Shown here: positions 1-9,813 of the stretch, piece by piece
Numbering within the stretch: position 1 is the first letter of the stretch
Layout: the number at the start of each line of letters is the position of its first letter
Virus record (IMG/VR): IMGVR_UViG_2913118216_000009
Strand: one strand, 5' to 3'
DNA: 27,914 nt
Source: a virus
Taxonomy: Duplodnaviria > Heunggongvirae > Uroviricota > Caudoviricetes
Program-made: the position numbers and the translations under genes
The notes under the pieces: model-generated
What the model was told of the DNA's origin: nothing
Databases searched by the model: none
Seen by the model: only the letters and a program-made list of their open reading frames with translations

Positions 1-597
1 ATGAGTAACAACAAAAAGTCGCATTATGAGGATATGAAGAAGTTGTTGTGCGCGGACATACTGCACAGTAGTAAAAAATTCTCCTGGAGGAGAATCATAC
101 TACGTTGCTGGAGACAACCCGGACACAGATTCATGTGTTGGTGGAGGATAGCGAATTGCCTTTACTGTCAGGGAGGGAAATCAAGTATTAAGTGGGCACG
201 AAGAATCCACCGGAGACTTGTTTCAAAATACAATACTGATATTGGATTGGGGGCACAGATCGGGGAAAAATTCAAAATTTATCACTTCGTTGGAATAGTC
301 ATTTGTCCCCAGGCTGTGATTGGCAAAAATGTTCGTATCCGACAAAACACAACGATTGGATTAAAAACAGTTGAAGGAATCAAAGCCATCAGGATCGGAG
401 ACAATGTCGAGATTGGTGCAAATTCATGCATCATCGGTGATGATCTGACCATTGGTGATAACGTGACAATTGGTGCTATGTCATTCGTTAACCGAAACAT
501 TCCTGCTAATAGTGTCTTTATAACCCGCAGAGCCGCACAACTACTACCGCTTGATACGCACTCCACCTCTAACTATTCTGAACAACACAACAAGTGA
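1..597 (+). CDS. Hexapeptide-repeat (left-handed beta-helix) O-acetyltransferase, CysE/WbbJ-like; probable moron or flanking host gene
   Basis: 198-aa ORF starting at window position 1; repeated [LIV]-G-x-x-x-x hexapeptides (IGDNVEIGANSCIIGDDLTIGDNVTIGAMSFV) and an N-terminal region resembling serine acetyltransferases; markedly AT-rich codon usage compared with neighbouring phage genes; convergent with the tail operon. Confidence 0.7.
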   Translation: MSNNKKSHYEDMKKLLCADILHSSKKFSWRRIILRCWRQPGHRFMCWWRIANCLYCQGGKSSIKWARRIHRRLVSKYNTDIGLGAQIGEKFKIYHFVGIVICPQAVIGKNVRIRQNTTIGLKTVEGIKAIRIGDNVEIGANSCIIGDDLTIGDNVTIGAMSFVNRNIPANSVFITRRAAQLLPLDTHSTSNYSEQHNK

Positions 598-651
598 AAT
601 ACTGCTATCAGTAAGTCCCGAACGTTTCAACTTATCATGTGAGTGTCAGCA

Positions 652-2355
652 TTAGGCAATAATCCCCTGATATTTTTCCCGGGTCTGCCCGGCTTTCGTC
701 CCTGTCTGGGTGAACGCGGCGGCATTGGTTGGCGTCCCAACGGAGGGGTGCGAATGGCTCGCGCATTGCTGCGCCAGCTCTTCCAGTAAATCAATGGTGT
801 CCAGCATCATGGTTAGGGCGTTGATACTCTCACTGCCAATATGGACAGTTGCCCCCATGACCTGCTGACCTCCAGCGGCCACTGATTTACGCAATGCGGC
901 AATCTTCTCTGTCAGGCTTTCGCCAACCTCCACGGCTACAGCACCACCCACTTTAGTAGACTGCCGTCCTGTTATGTCCGTTTCTTCGTTTCCTTCAATA
1001 CTGGACAACCTGTTACCTTTCACCGCCTGGCTATAATCACCGGTGCTGACCTGCTGGATGGCTCCAGCCAGCAATATGGCGGTTCCCAGTACCGTAGTTT
1101 TATCCGTAGCTTTCACCGTGGTTTCACGGCTTACCAGTTCGCGCTGTTCCGTATCGGCTTTTACGGTTCGCGCCATTGATGTTTCGCTGATGGTGTGATC
1201 GGTCTGCCTTACCCAGTCTCCAGCCTGAGTCACCCTCTGCGATACTTCTTCCCGCTGCTGCTGCAATTGCTCACCGGGTTTAACGTCCGGCAGGCTGGTA
1301 CCATCCGGCAGCGTCTGCCTGATAAAGGGTTTATCCGGTCTGCCTCCCGTGAATGCAACCTCAACCAGCGTCCCTTCTGGCGGAAACTGGAACATGCCTG
1401 AATCATTCCCGGCCATCGGTACCGGCAACGGCACCGCTGAATAAACAGGCGTCTGATTGTCCGGGTTTCCGTCTGCGTCAAGCAACTGCACGTCCACGGC
1501 ATAACGTGGCCGGAAAGGATCGGCAAAGTTACCGCTTTTTACCGGCTCTGAATACGCCACGACTCTGGCCATCTTTGGCAAATGAAGCCCGGATGCCAGT
1601 TCAGGGTAATGGCTTTCAATCTGCCTTTGTGCTGGTGTTTTCTGCAAAGGTTTACCCGTTACGCGGTTTCTCGGCATCCATGTGATCGCCATCGTGTCAT
1701 TCGTCAGATGAACCTTAGTCACGCGCTCACCGTTCATCTCCACCCCTGGCCGCATAGTCTGGATCACTGGTAATGTTACAGAGTTACCGCCAGCAGCCCC
1801 CTGGCTGAACTCTGATGGGATTTCTACGGGACGACCGGCAAACAATGACTTTTCTGCGCCACCGACGTAAAGCGAACCATCAGGAAACTGGTACCAGATG
1901 TAATCCTGGATACTGAACGCCCTTCCCAGATTGTTCAGCAACTGATAACCAGTACCGTTATGGGTAAAATGTGGGATAGGGGTATCGCTGTACTGTGCGT
2001 CAGGCACACTGACCGTGATCCCGCTGTGTTCTTCCAACCAGACCGCAATTTCACGCAAAGTCGGGTGTTGAAACGAACATGGCCACATCCTTTCAAACAC
2101 ACCTGCCAACTCACGAATGAACAGACGCTGAAAACCGTTTTCAGCAGGCTGCGATCGCTCCACGTACCCCGTAAACCAGCGCAAAAGCAGATCAGTATAC
2201 CCCACATCCAGCCGCACCAGTTTTCCGGTGTAATCTGTTGTTGTCTCTGCGGTGATGAAGCCCCGGCCGCAGCTGTTCAGCTCCAGTACCAGGCTGGCAT
2301 CCACCAGGTGAACTTCATCCGTTGAAAGGTATAGGCGTTTTACTGGTTTCATCAT
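652..2355 (-). CDS. Baseplate hub / central spike protein (gp27/gpD/VgrG-like N-terminal region with a long C-terminal extension)
   Basis: 567-aa ORF ending the tail operon; N-terminal segment (LLRWFTGYVERSQP...LFIRELAGVFERMW...TLREIAVWLEEHSGITV) resembles the pattern I recall for the gp27/GPD/VgrG hub fold; start overlaps the stop of the upstream gene. Confidence 0.45.
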   Translation of the reverse strand: MMKPVKRLYLSTDEVHLVDASLVLELNSCGRGFITAETTTDYTGKLVRLDVGYTDLLLRWFTGYVERSQPAENGFQRLFIRELAGVFERMWPCSFQHPTLREIAVWLEEHSGITVSVPDAQYSDTPIPHFTHNGTGYQLLNNLGRAFSIQDYIWYQFPDGSLYVGGAEKSLFAGRPVEIPSEFSQGAAGGNSVTLPVIQTMRPGVEMNGERVTKVHLTNDTMAITWMPRNRVTGKPLQKTPAQRQIESHYPELASGLHLPKMARVVAYSEPVKSGNFADPFRPRYAVDVQLLDADGNPDNQTPVYSAVPLPVPMAGNDSGMFQFPPEGTLVEVAFTGGRPDKPFIRQTLPDGTSLPDVKPGEQLQQQREEVSQRVTQAGDWVRQTDHTISETSMARTVKADTEQRELVSRETTVKATDKTTVLGTAILLAGAIQQVSTGDYSQAVKGNRLSSIEGNEETDITGRQSTKVGGAVAVEVGESLTEKIAALRKSVAAGGQQVMGATVHIGSESINALTMMLDTIDLLEELAQQCASHSHPSVGTPTNAAAFTQTGTKAGQTREKYQGIIA

Positions 2356-2900
2356 TAACCCAAAGCATCATTGACGGGCTTCAGTACCTTGCGTTCAAAC
2401 CACGTCAGTTTTTCTTCATCTTCTCCGGCAGACTGGCCACCGGACTGTCCCGCACTAACGGCAGTCTGTTTTTTTGCGGTCGTCTTACCTGTTGCCCTGG
2501 CCTCTTGCTTTTCCTGCACGCTGATATGTTCCGCCAGTGTGAATGTCACCAGCCAGGACATTTTCCCATCTTGCTGGGGGGCATCCACCGTTCCGCTGAA
2601 CGTTGCTTCACGAAAATTAACAGCACGGGCAACTTCATGCACCACGCGGTATTTCTGGCGATTACCACTGGCATCGGTAGTACTGGCCAGCTCAAAAATA
2701 CGCTTTAGTATTCCAGGCTGTTTAAAAGGTATTTCACCGCTGATCCGCAGTTCCTTTCCCTTTGCTCCCTGCTCTGATTTTGTTGTGGCGCTGGTCTGGC
2801 CGGACTGATCTTTATCCTGAAATTGCTGTGAAACAGTCACCCGCATGTTTTTCAGCTGGATGGCCTCGCCATTAAGCGCCAGTGTCGGGATCGAAGTCAT
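2355..2900 (-). CDS. Phage tail-associated protein, function unknown
   Basis: 181-aa ORF translationally coupled between the 253-aa ORF and the hub gene; typical GC content; no recognisable motif. Confidence 0.35.
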   Translation of the reverse strand: MTSIPTLALNGEAIQLKNMRVTVSQQFQDKDQSGQTSATTKSEQGAKGKELRISGEIPFKQPGILKRIFELASTTDASGNRQKYRVVHEVARAVNFREATFSGTVDAPQQDGKMSWLVTFTLAEHISVQEKQEARATGKTTAKKQTAVSAGQSGGQSAGEDEEKLTWFERKVLKPVNDALG

Positions 2901-3633
2901 GAATCATTCCCTTTATTCCATCAAGATTATCACCAACCAGCATCATGGCAGCGGTGTAAACGGCAGGCTGCTGCGGAATGTCCTTCATCAGTTCCAGTAA
3001 CGTGGTGCCGGTGTCTCCGCTGGCAGTAAAAACCCACGCTCTGGCACTTTTTCCCTGTAAATCATTCAGGCCGCTGGCCACATCACTGATAAGCTGGTCA
3101 CGCAACTGCGTGAACTCGCCCAGCTGTTTTTTCAGCCCTTCGATATCAAACCCGGCACCCGCCACCTTTTGTGCCTGACTGATTGCAGCAGCAGATAAAG
3201 CTGCCCTGCTGGTTGGTACAGACAGTGGAATGGACGCAGGTAACGCTGCGGCGGCTTTCGCCGGGATTTGCATCTTTTCAATAGCCAGCGCTGCGGCGGA
3301 TTGTGCCAGCCGTTTGACCTGCGTGAATGCCGGAGCGGGGAAAATCCCGACCAGGTTATTCAGGCTGGTCATAAAGTTTTCCTGCGTCTGTCCGGTGACC
3401 ATCATAATCACCACGTCCGCATTCCCCCCTGTTCCGGCCAGGCGTTCAGCAAGATAGCGAACAGCATTAACCGGGCTGAGATATGCCCCGTTCGCTGTCT
3501 GCTGTCCCAGCCCATAAATCCACGGATGCGCAGGGACGATCGAACAGTTCAGCGCAGCAACAGAATCTGTGAAGGCCAGACATGCTTCACGCCACATTTC
3601 CAGGCACCTCCGGCCACACAATTTCCGGAGCAT
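2872..3633 (-). CDS. Phage tail-associated protein, function unknown (likely start near 3597)
   Basis: 253-aa ORF immediately downstream of the tail fiber assembly gene, overlapping it by a few codons; Ala-rich central region; no recognisable catalytic motif. Confidence 0.35.
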   Translation of the reverse strand: MLRKLCGRRCLEMWREACLAFTDSVAALNCSIVPAHPWIYGLGQQTANGAYLSPVNAVRYLAERLAGTGGNADVVIMMVTGQTQENFMTSLNNLVGIFPAPAFTQVKRLAQSAAALAIEKMQIPAKAAAALPASIPLSVPTSRAALSAAAISQAQKVAGAGFDIEGLKKQLGEFTQLRDQLISDVASGLNDLQGKSARAWVFTASGDTGTTLLELMKDIPQQPAVYTAAMMLVGDNLDGIKGMIHDFDPDTGA

Positions 3634-4174
3634 CTTCCGGTTGAATACGGTTCAATAAAACCCGGAATTTTTTCCATGCAGTAAGTAGAAGTACTTCTTC
3701 TTCAGTCGCCATGTCTAAATCAACGGCATCCTGCAACGTGGCAATGGCGTCATTGGCCTGTTTAAGCAGGCTTTTCTTTTCGGCGTCTGCCTCGCTGACT
3801 AATGCAATTCGCATGGCCTCCGCATCATCCACCCACGCCTTACCATTCCATTTTTGCCAGGCATTAGCTGGTGCTAACGTGGTTGTCCTTTCCGGATAAG
3901 CGCCTGGCTCGGTGATCACCAGTTCATTACCGTTTTCTGTATCAAACACAACCTCACCACGGTGATCCTCACGGGAAATCCATCTTTGCTTCTCTGAATC
4001 AAAAATCGCCACAAACCCCGCTTTGATTGCCGGTGGCTTTATCGTGGTGCAGTTAGCTGGCAGTCCGGTATGCGCAGGAATAAAAGCATCACCCAAACCA
4101 ATAAATTCATTCGTGTCAGAGCGCAGGTTATAAACGGTAACTGTTTGATCCGTTTCACTCATTTTAAAAGTCAT
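3587..4174 (-). CDS. Tail fiber assembly chaperone (Tfa / P2 gpG-like)
   Basis: 195-aa ORF directly downstream of the tail fiber gene; size, position and C-terminal sequence (EEEVLLLTAWKKFRVLLNRI) are typical of the Tfa family. Confidence 0.7.
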   Translation of the reverse strand: MTFKMSETDQTVTVYNLRSDTNEFIGLGDAFIPAHTGLPANCTTIKPPAIKAGFVAIFDSEKQRWISREDHRGEVVFDTENGNELVITEPGAYPERTTTLAPANAWQKWNGKAWVDDAEAMRIALVSEADAEKKSLLKQANDAIATLQDAVDLDMATEEEVLLLTAWKKFRVLLNRIQPEDAPEIVWPEVPGNVA

Positions 4175-5748
4175 TATGCGAGTCTCACTATGTAGTTAAA
4201 TACGATGTTTTTAACGGTCGTTTCTTCATTGCCCGACGCGGCGACGGTAATGGTGTGACTATGTGCGCCTATTGCTACGGTATGAGAGTGAGCTCCAATT
4301 CCTACAGAATGGCTATGTGCGCCAATCCCTACAATATGAGCATGGTTGCCAGCCAAATCCGTATTACCTGTTGTTACGTTATCGCCGCCCTGACCTCTAT
4401 TGATATCTCCGTTTTGAGTGGCCTGCCCCTTAACATATGTATGAGTATGTGCACCAGTTGTATCGGTTGTTTTGGTTCCGTAATCAAATGTGCTCACAGC
4501 TCTAGTGCCGTAGTCAAAGGATGATGTTGACTTCGTCCCCAGATCGGTACTGAATGCACTAGCAGTGTGGGCATGGGATTTATTGCCATCATCTTCATAG
4601 GACAAAACTGCACGGCCATCAGGTTTTCCTTTGATCGTCTGGCGGCGCATATCAGGAAGAACACCCGATGGGTATACAATAGCCAGTCGCTGGTAAGCCA
4701 CTGGATCAAACACCTGCCCCTGCATGATTGCGTGACCCGCTGGTGGAATATCAGTCGGCCAAGGAAGTGGTACTCCAACCGGCACAACATCGCTAATGCT
4801 TAAGACCGCCAGCTCACCCAGCCCAAGATTTTTTCTGGCTTCCGCCTTGTCATTGATATCGGCAAGGTTTGCATCCTTACGCAAAAAATCGCTGCTGGCC
4901 TGTTGATCGCTCAGACTGCCTTTTGGCCTTAAATCCGTGATGTTGCCATCCACATCAATGCTGGCCACCGCAAATACAAAATGCTGAATACCGTTCTGAA
5001 CATAATCAGTCAGATTTTCTACAACCGTGACTTTACTCTGTACACTCCAGACACTGCTCAGAATCCCTGTCCAGCACACATCCAGCCAGACTTTTACCGA
5101 CATTGTCGTCACTGTAATATCCTGATTCGCATCCAGTGACACACGCAGTCCAGCCACATACCCTGTGCCTTTCGTGACATAAAACTGATTGCCGGTTTTG
5201 GCTACCAGATACCCGTTACCAAAAAACGCCGCCGCGCCATAAATATCTGTATTTTCCAGACGCTGGCGCTCATCAATTCCGGCCAAACGTGCAGTAAAAT
5301 CAATCTGCCAGGTTTCAGCGGGCGTATTAATCCCAGTTTCTGTTTGTGCACCGTTGTACTCCATCAGAAACGAGCGGGTCAGCACGTTCCCCTGTTGCCC
5401 TTCTTTTGTTTTCAGTTTCTGCTGTGCTGGTGCATGGACAATCATTGCCAGCGTACCGCTAGCCTTATTGAGCAGACCAATCCAGTTAAAACTGAAATCC
5501 CCCACATCTGCGCCCAGCACTACGGAATAGACCACCCTATTTTCATCCACCACACCGGTACGGGTAACAGCTTGCCGGTGAACAATCTGTGCTGTCGGGG
5601 GCAACCCTTCATTGCGATCAACAGGGATATCCGCGTTTAAATCCGGCACACTGGCAAAAACAAATTCGTCCAGTAGTACCGGTTCACCTGTTGCGCCCTG
5701 CTGTGCTTTCCAGTTTTCAAACGCCAGTGTGATGGCTGTCTGTGACAT
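4174..5748 (-). CDS. Tail fiber protein (receptor-binding; P2 gpH / Mu S-like N-terminal domain, repeat-rich C-terminal tip)
   Basis: 524-aa ORF; conserved-looking N-terminal fiber domain; C-terminal part has tandem peptide repeats (SxFDYGT x2 and GIGAHSH[ST]V x3-4, i.e. HxH motifs); followed by a Tfa chaperone. Confidence 0.8.
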   Translation of the reverse strand: MSQTAITLAFENWKAQQGATGEPVLLDEFVFASVPDLNADIPVDRNEGLPPTAQIVHRQAVTRTGVVDENRVVYSVVLGADVGDFSFNWIGLLNKASGTLAMIVHAPAQQKLKTKEGQQGNVLTRSFLMEYNGAQTETGINTPAETWQIDFTARLAGIDERQRLENTDIYGAAAFFGNGYLVAKTGNQFYVTKGTGYVAGLRVSLDANQDITVTTMSVKVWLDVCWTGILSSVWSVQSKVTVVENLTDYVQNGIQHFVFAVASIDVDGNITDLRPKGSLSDQQASSDFLRKDANLADINDKAEARKNLGLGELAVLSISDVVPVGVPLPWPTDIPPAGHAIMQGQVFDPVAYQRLAIVYPSGVLPDMRRQTIKGKPDGRAVLSYEDDGNKSHAHTASAFSTDLGTKSTSSFDYGTRAVSTFDYGTKTTDTTGAHTHTYVKGQATQNGDINRGQGGDNVTTGNTDLAGNHAHIVGIGAHSHSVGIGAHSHTVAIGAHSHTITVAASGNEETTVKNIVFNYIVRLA

Positions 5749-5758
5749 AAAAATCTCC

Positions 5759-6352
5759 TTACAAACTCGCGCTGAATGTTGCGCTGCGGGCTTCCGTCCC
5801 TGCTAACGTCGCCGGGTAAACCACATATTCCCCATGATCCCACCCAGCCCGGATTACCAGGTTTTCAGACGTGATCACCTCAAACTGATAACGGCGGCAT
5901 GTTCGCCCGTACTGGCGGATTATCTGGATCAGCAGCTGCGTGTTGTCTGCAATTTGGCTGTCTGTAACCCGAACCAGAATCACATCCCAGTCGATATTCG
6001 GTTGCCGTTCTAACAGTTCCACATAACCGATGCCCAACCGGTCAAAGATATTGATAAACCCCTGTACTGAACCAGCATCCCGCGCATTCACGAAGGCAAA
6101 AGCCACGCGTTTGCGAAACAGGCTCAACGGTTCACCATCAAAGCGGGTAATATCCCGGTCATAAGCCAGCAGGTTCAGTAATGCCGGTGTACACGTCAGC
6201 GGATCAAACTGATTTATTGGCCAGGTAACCCAGTTGTAAACCTCAGCCCAAAAACGCTGCGCCGTTTTCAGCAATTTCCCCGGTTCGCCTTTATTCATCC
6301 AGGAAGGCAAGACCATCCCGGCCAGCTTTTCCATAAACTCATTCATTATCAA
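5759..6352 (-). CDS. Baseplate wedge / tail protein I-like
   Basis: 197-aa ORF between the baseplate J-like gene and the tail fiber gene, the canonical position of P2 gpI / Mu gp48. Confidence 0.5.
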   Translation of the reverse strand: MIMNEFMEKLAGMVLPSWMNKGEPGKLLKTAQRFWAEVYNWVTWPINQFDPLTCTPALLNLLAYDRDITRFDGEPLSLFRKRVAFAFVNARDAGSVQGFINIFDRLGIGYVELLERQPNIDWDVILVRVTDSQIADNTQLLIQIIRQYGRTCRRYQFEVITSENLVIRAGWDHGEYVVYPATLAGTEARSATFSASL

Positions 6353-7577
6353 TATTCACCGTCAGTGATTTCAGACGCGGCACGTCCAGTTCACTGGTAA
6401 TGTCTCCGAGCGAAAATGTCAGTGATTCCGTCTGTGCAAAGGTTTTATGAATTTCCCGCCCCAGTTGTGAAAATGAAAACCGTGAATATGGCCACGTCTT
6501 TCTGACGTCAAAATCAGCATTTTCACGAAAAGCGCAGCGGATAATGTTTTCAACGCCATCCTTCAGGCTTTTTCTTTCCTCATCGCTGAAATTATTCAGA
6601 TTCTCGACATAAACCGTAACGGCCAGATCGTGAAACGTTTCCGGCATGGGATAACAATGCATATCATCACCATGCCCGTGATGCCCCTGGGTGTTGATAT
6701 AGTCATTCACTGCATCCAAGAACGGTGCCGATGTCACCCCACTATCCAGCAATAGAAATGCGTTTGCTGTTCCAGGTCCCCTCGGTGCTTCATGCTCAAA
6801 GAAAATCCTATCGATACTCAACCCAGCAACGCTGGCGATCATTGAGCGATAAACCGCATCAGTGTGGTAATTCCCCACCAGATTGAACTGATTGCGACAA
6901 CGCTCGCGCAGTTCATCATCGCTCTCCTCGTCAGCTCCCGGCACGGTCAGCCAGTTTTCCTCACTGGCCACATGGCTGATACCACTGACCGCCACCGGCA
7001 GAATGCGGTAGTATCCAGGCGCAAGGTTATATGCGCCCCCGGTACCAGTGGCTTGCACCGGCAGTAATGCGCTGGCTGCACTGGAAGCGATCACCACATC
7101 TTCAGTGGTAGCCAGCTCATAAACTCGCCCGTTAATGCGTTCTGTCTGGATAACCGTCCCAGCTCTGACCGTCACAACAGCCTTTGTGTCTTCTTTGAAG
7201 AACCGAATTACCCCCTGTGCAGCGCTCGCCGGTTTTGCCGTGACGTTCACAGCCCAGGCCAGCAGACGCAACATGCTCCCGCTGGCCGTGGCCACAAACA
7301 TATTGGCCAGCACGGTTAACACCAGAACATCTTTAAGCCACATCACCGGGGCGGTCACAATGGCGGTGATTAATCGCCAGAACGGTGACATTCGGGATGT
7401 ATTGGTGATAATTCCCTCATCTGCTGCAATCGCATTAAAGCGTTCCCGCACTTCGGCTTCCGTTACCGGCATACCGCTGTCTTTCACCACGTCTTCAAAA
7501 TCAACCTGCGGTTTTTCCGTCATAAATCCACCTGCGCAGAGATCCCGCCAAAATCGTATGTGCTCGCGGTTACCCAC
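6339..7577 (-). CDS. Baseplate J-like protein (gp6 family); probable true start near 7523
   Basis: 412-aa ORF; size and position match Baseplate_J proteins; an internal Met (MTEKPQVDF) would give an ATGA-type overlap with the stop of the upstream gene. Confidence 0.65.
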   Translation of the reverse strand: MGNREHIRFWRDLCAGGFMTEKPQVDFEDVVKDSGMPVTEAEVRERFNAIAADEGIITNTSRMSPFWRLITAIVTAPVMWLKDVLVLTVLANMFVATASGSMLRLLAWAVNVTAKPASAAQGVIRFFKEDTKAVVTVRAGTVIQTERINGRVYELATTEDVVIASSAASALLPVQATGTGGAYNLAPGYYRILPVAVSGISHVASEENWLTVPGADEESDDELRERCRNQFNLVGNYHTDAVYRSMIASVAGLSIDRIFFEHEAPRGPGTANAFLLLDSGVTSAPFLDAVNDYINTQGHHGHGDDMHCYPMPETFHDLAVTVYVENLNNFSDEERKSLKDGVENIIRCAFRENADFDVRKTWPYSRFSFSQLGREIHKTFAQTESLTFSLGDITSELDVPRLKSLTVNIDNE

Positions 7578-7867
7578 AACCGCTTCTGACTTTCTTCACT
7601 GATTTCCACCGAACCCGGCACAATACGTTCATCATCTTCAATCAGTAATTCCATGCGGGTAAAAATATCCGCTCTCATTGTCGGGCTACGTTCGGCTATT
7701 AATTCCGTAGCCAACCCACTTTCAATAATGGAATGAATAATGTCCTGTCCGATACTTTGTCGGTTATTACATAATTCAGGTTCATTACCGACATTCAGAA
7801 CAAAATCGCCGCCCTGAATCAGCAAATCAATATAAAGAACATTACTCATGCACCAAGCTCCTGCCAT
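7520..7867 (-). CDS. Small baseplate protein (gp25/GPW-like); probable true start near 7849
   Basis: About 110 aa, immediately after the tape measure gene with an ATGA start/stop overlap, and immediately before the J-like gene. Confidence 0.45.
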   Translation of the reverse strand: MAGAWCMSNVLYIDLLIQGGDFVLNVGNEPELCNNRQSIGQDIIHSIIESGLATELIAERSPTMRADIFTRMELLIEDDERIVPGSVEISEESQKRLWVTASTYDFGGISAQVDL

Positions 7868-9813
7868 TCCATAAGCTGGAGTGGAGAAAATGCTTCTTTG
7901 GTATGGAAATGCACTTCGCCAATTTTCCGGCTGTTATCGATTACGGATGTTGTGTTTCTGCTGATTGTTTTACTGATACCACCATTATCCACACCTTTTA
8001 AATCGCCCCCCGTAGACAGCGTATTACCAGTTAATGGCTGTAAGGTTTCACTGGCCAGAGAAATATCCACGCCGGGAATTTCATTCAGTTTCTGAACAAT
8101 CCAGTTCCACGACTTAAGAAATCCCTCTTTGATTGAGTTCCAGACAATATCAAACAGCGACATAATACCGGTGGCCATTCCCTTTAATGCCTCAGATGGT
8201 GAAAATCCTGTCAGCATAGAAATAAAACTGCTCCATCCATCACTGACATATTGCCAGGCTAAAACAAAGATCCCCGCTAGCCATTTCACTACGGCAGCAC
8301 ATGCCTGGAAGGCTTCGGTATTCATCACCGATGCTTTTATCGTGTTCCAGTGCTTAACCAGCAGATAACAACCAGCAACAAGCAGCGCAATGGCACCAAT
8401 CACAAGCAGGATTGGCCAGCTCATCAAATTGATACCAATTCCGGTCATCATTGCGGCCATGCGTACCGCCAGTAACGCGCCGCGTAAAAACTTCAGCGTG
8501 GTATTCCAGGCGATTACCGCCATTTGCGCCAGCCAGACAGTGGCCGTGTAGATTTTCGTAATCGCCGTTAGCGCCACCCAGATCCCGCGCAATCCCATCA
8601 TGATGAATCTGGATACCCCCATCACGATATTGACCACCGCACCCACGGCGGCAAAGCTCAGGAGTGCCATCGACGCATAACCAATCACACGGGCAATGTT
8701 AGGAAATAGCTGCATCCAGCGGGCAAAGGTCTGCCCCATATCAGCCAGGCGATTCAGAACCGGATACAGCACAGGGATCAGCGTCAGCCCGATCACGGTC
8801 TGAATGGCTTTCAGGATTTGCACAAAGCGATCCCACGGCTTAACCATTTTTTGTGCCATTTCCTGGGTACGCTTCAGACCGTCCGCACCGCCCAGTTCGG
8901 TGATGTTCCGCTGAAGTAACGCGACATTGCCGTAAAGCTGTTTAACCACTGCCGAACTGTCACCAAAGGCTGCATCCAGTTCCGCCTGGGCTTTCAGGTT
9001 CCCTTCAAGGCTTTTGCCATATTTGCCCTGCAACTTGATCAGCATTTCAGGCATGGACAGCATTTTGCCGGTGGAGTCAGTAAAGGACAGCCCCAGCTTT
9101 TTAGCGCCATCAATCGCACCGGTCATAAACCCTTCATAGGCGCTGCTGGCTTCCGTTCCCAGTGTCCGCTGAAGTTGCCCCAGCACGGCCAGTTGTTCAT
9201 CCAGCCCTACGCCGTAGTTAGTCCCGACACCGCGCGCGCCTTCCATCAAATCCTTGATAGTGGCCATTTCTGTGCCAAAGGTTTTGCGCATATAAACCAT
9301 CTTGCCTGCCAGTTGCTCGGCAAATTCAACCTTGCCCAGTCTGGTGGCATCGGCGGAAAAGTTACCGAACATCTGCCCCATAAATTCCGCCGTGTCCGCC
9401 GCTGTGGACTTGAGCGCAAAAGCCAGGGTATTGGCGACTTTCGTCACCTTCGGCAGTTCATTACCCGTCAGTCCGGCAATGGAAGTGTTAATATTTTCCG
9501 TGGATTTAACAAACTCCACCGCACTGGCACCATAGGTTGTACTAAAGCGCAGGGCATCACGCTGAACTGTCTTAAGTGCTGAATCATCAATACCTTTTGC
9601 GGCGGCATTATTCAGCGCGTCATACATTTCAATTGCCGGTGATAAAGCACTTTTGATCTCCATCCCGATACCTGCCAGCGCCAGAACGCCACCACCGATC
9701 TGCATAAAGGCTGCTTTTGATTTTTCCGCAAAGCTGGTGACGTTACCCTGCACCTGTTTTAACGGGCGGGATAATTTATCAATCAGGCTTAATGTAAAAT
9801 CTAATTGTTTCAT
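7846..9813 (-). CDS. Tail tape measure protein
   Basis: 655-aa ORF; Ala/Gly-rich with coiled-coil-like N-terminal half and several long hydrophobic segments in the C-terminal half; directly downstream of the chaperone gene. Confidence 0.75.
   Translation of the reverse strand: MKQLDFTLSLIDKLSRPLKQVQGNVTSFAEKSKAAFMQIGGGVLALAGIGMEIKSALSPAIEMYDALNNAAAKGIDDSALKTVQRDALRFSTTYGASAVEFVKSTENINTSIAGLTGNELPKVTKVANTLAFALKSTAADTAEFMGQMFGNFSADATRLGKVEFAEQLAGKMVYMRKTFGTEMATIKDLMEGARGVGTNYGVGLDEQLAVLGQLQRTLGTEASSAYEGFMTGAIDGAKKLGLSFTDSTGKMLSMPEMLIKLQGKYGKSLEGNLKAQAELDAAFGDSSAVVKQLYGNVALLQRNITELGGADGLKRTQEMAQKMVKPWDRFVQILKAIQTVIGLTLIPVLYPVLNRLADMGQTFARWMQLFPNIARVIGYASMALLSFAAVGAVVNIVMGVSRFIMMGLRGIWVALTAITKIYTATVWLAQMAVIAWNTTLKFLRGALLAVRMAAMMTGIGINLMSWPILLVIGAIALLVAGCYLLVKHWNTIKASVMNTEAFQACAAVVKWLAGIFVLAWQYVSDGWSSFISMLTGFSPSEALKGMATGIMSLFDIVWNSIKEGFLKSWNWIVQKLNEIPGVDISLASETLQPLTGNTLSTGGDLKGVDNGGISKTISRNTTSVIDNSRKIGEVHFHTKEAFSPLQLMEWQELGA

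Noticed and set aside
282-566. 94-aa minus-strand ORF inside the acetyltransferase gene
   Set aside because: Antisense to a gene with clear hexapeptide-repeat structure; no independent support.
598-651. Possible terminator between the convergent acetyltransferase and hub genes
   Set aside because: Only weak, imperfect inverted repeats and no clear T-tract; not enough to call.
1195-2325. Several short ORFs on both strands within the hub gene region (including the 121-aa plus-strand ORF at 1960-2325)
   Set aside because: All are nested within the 567-aa minus-strand gene; no ribosome-binding sites or motifs.
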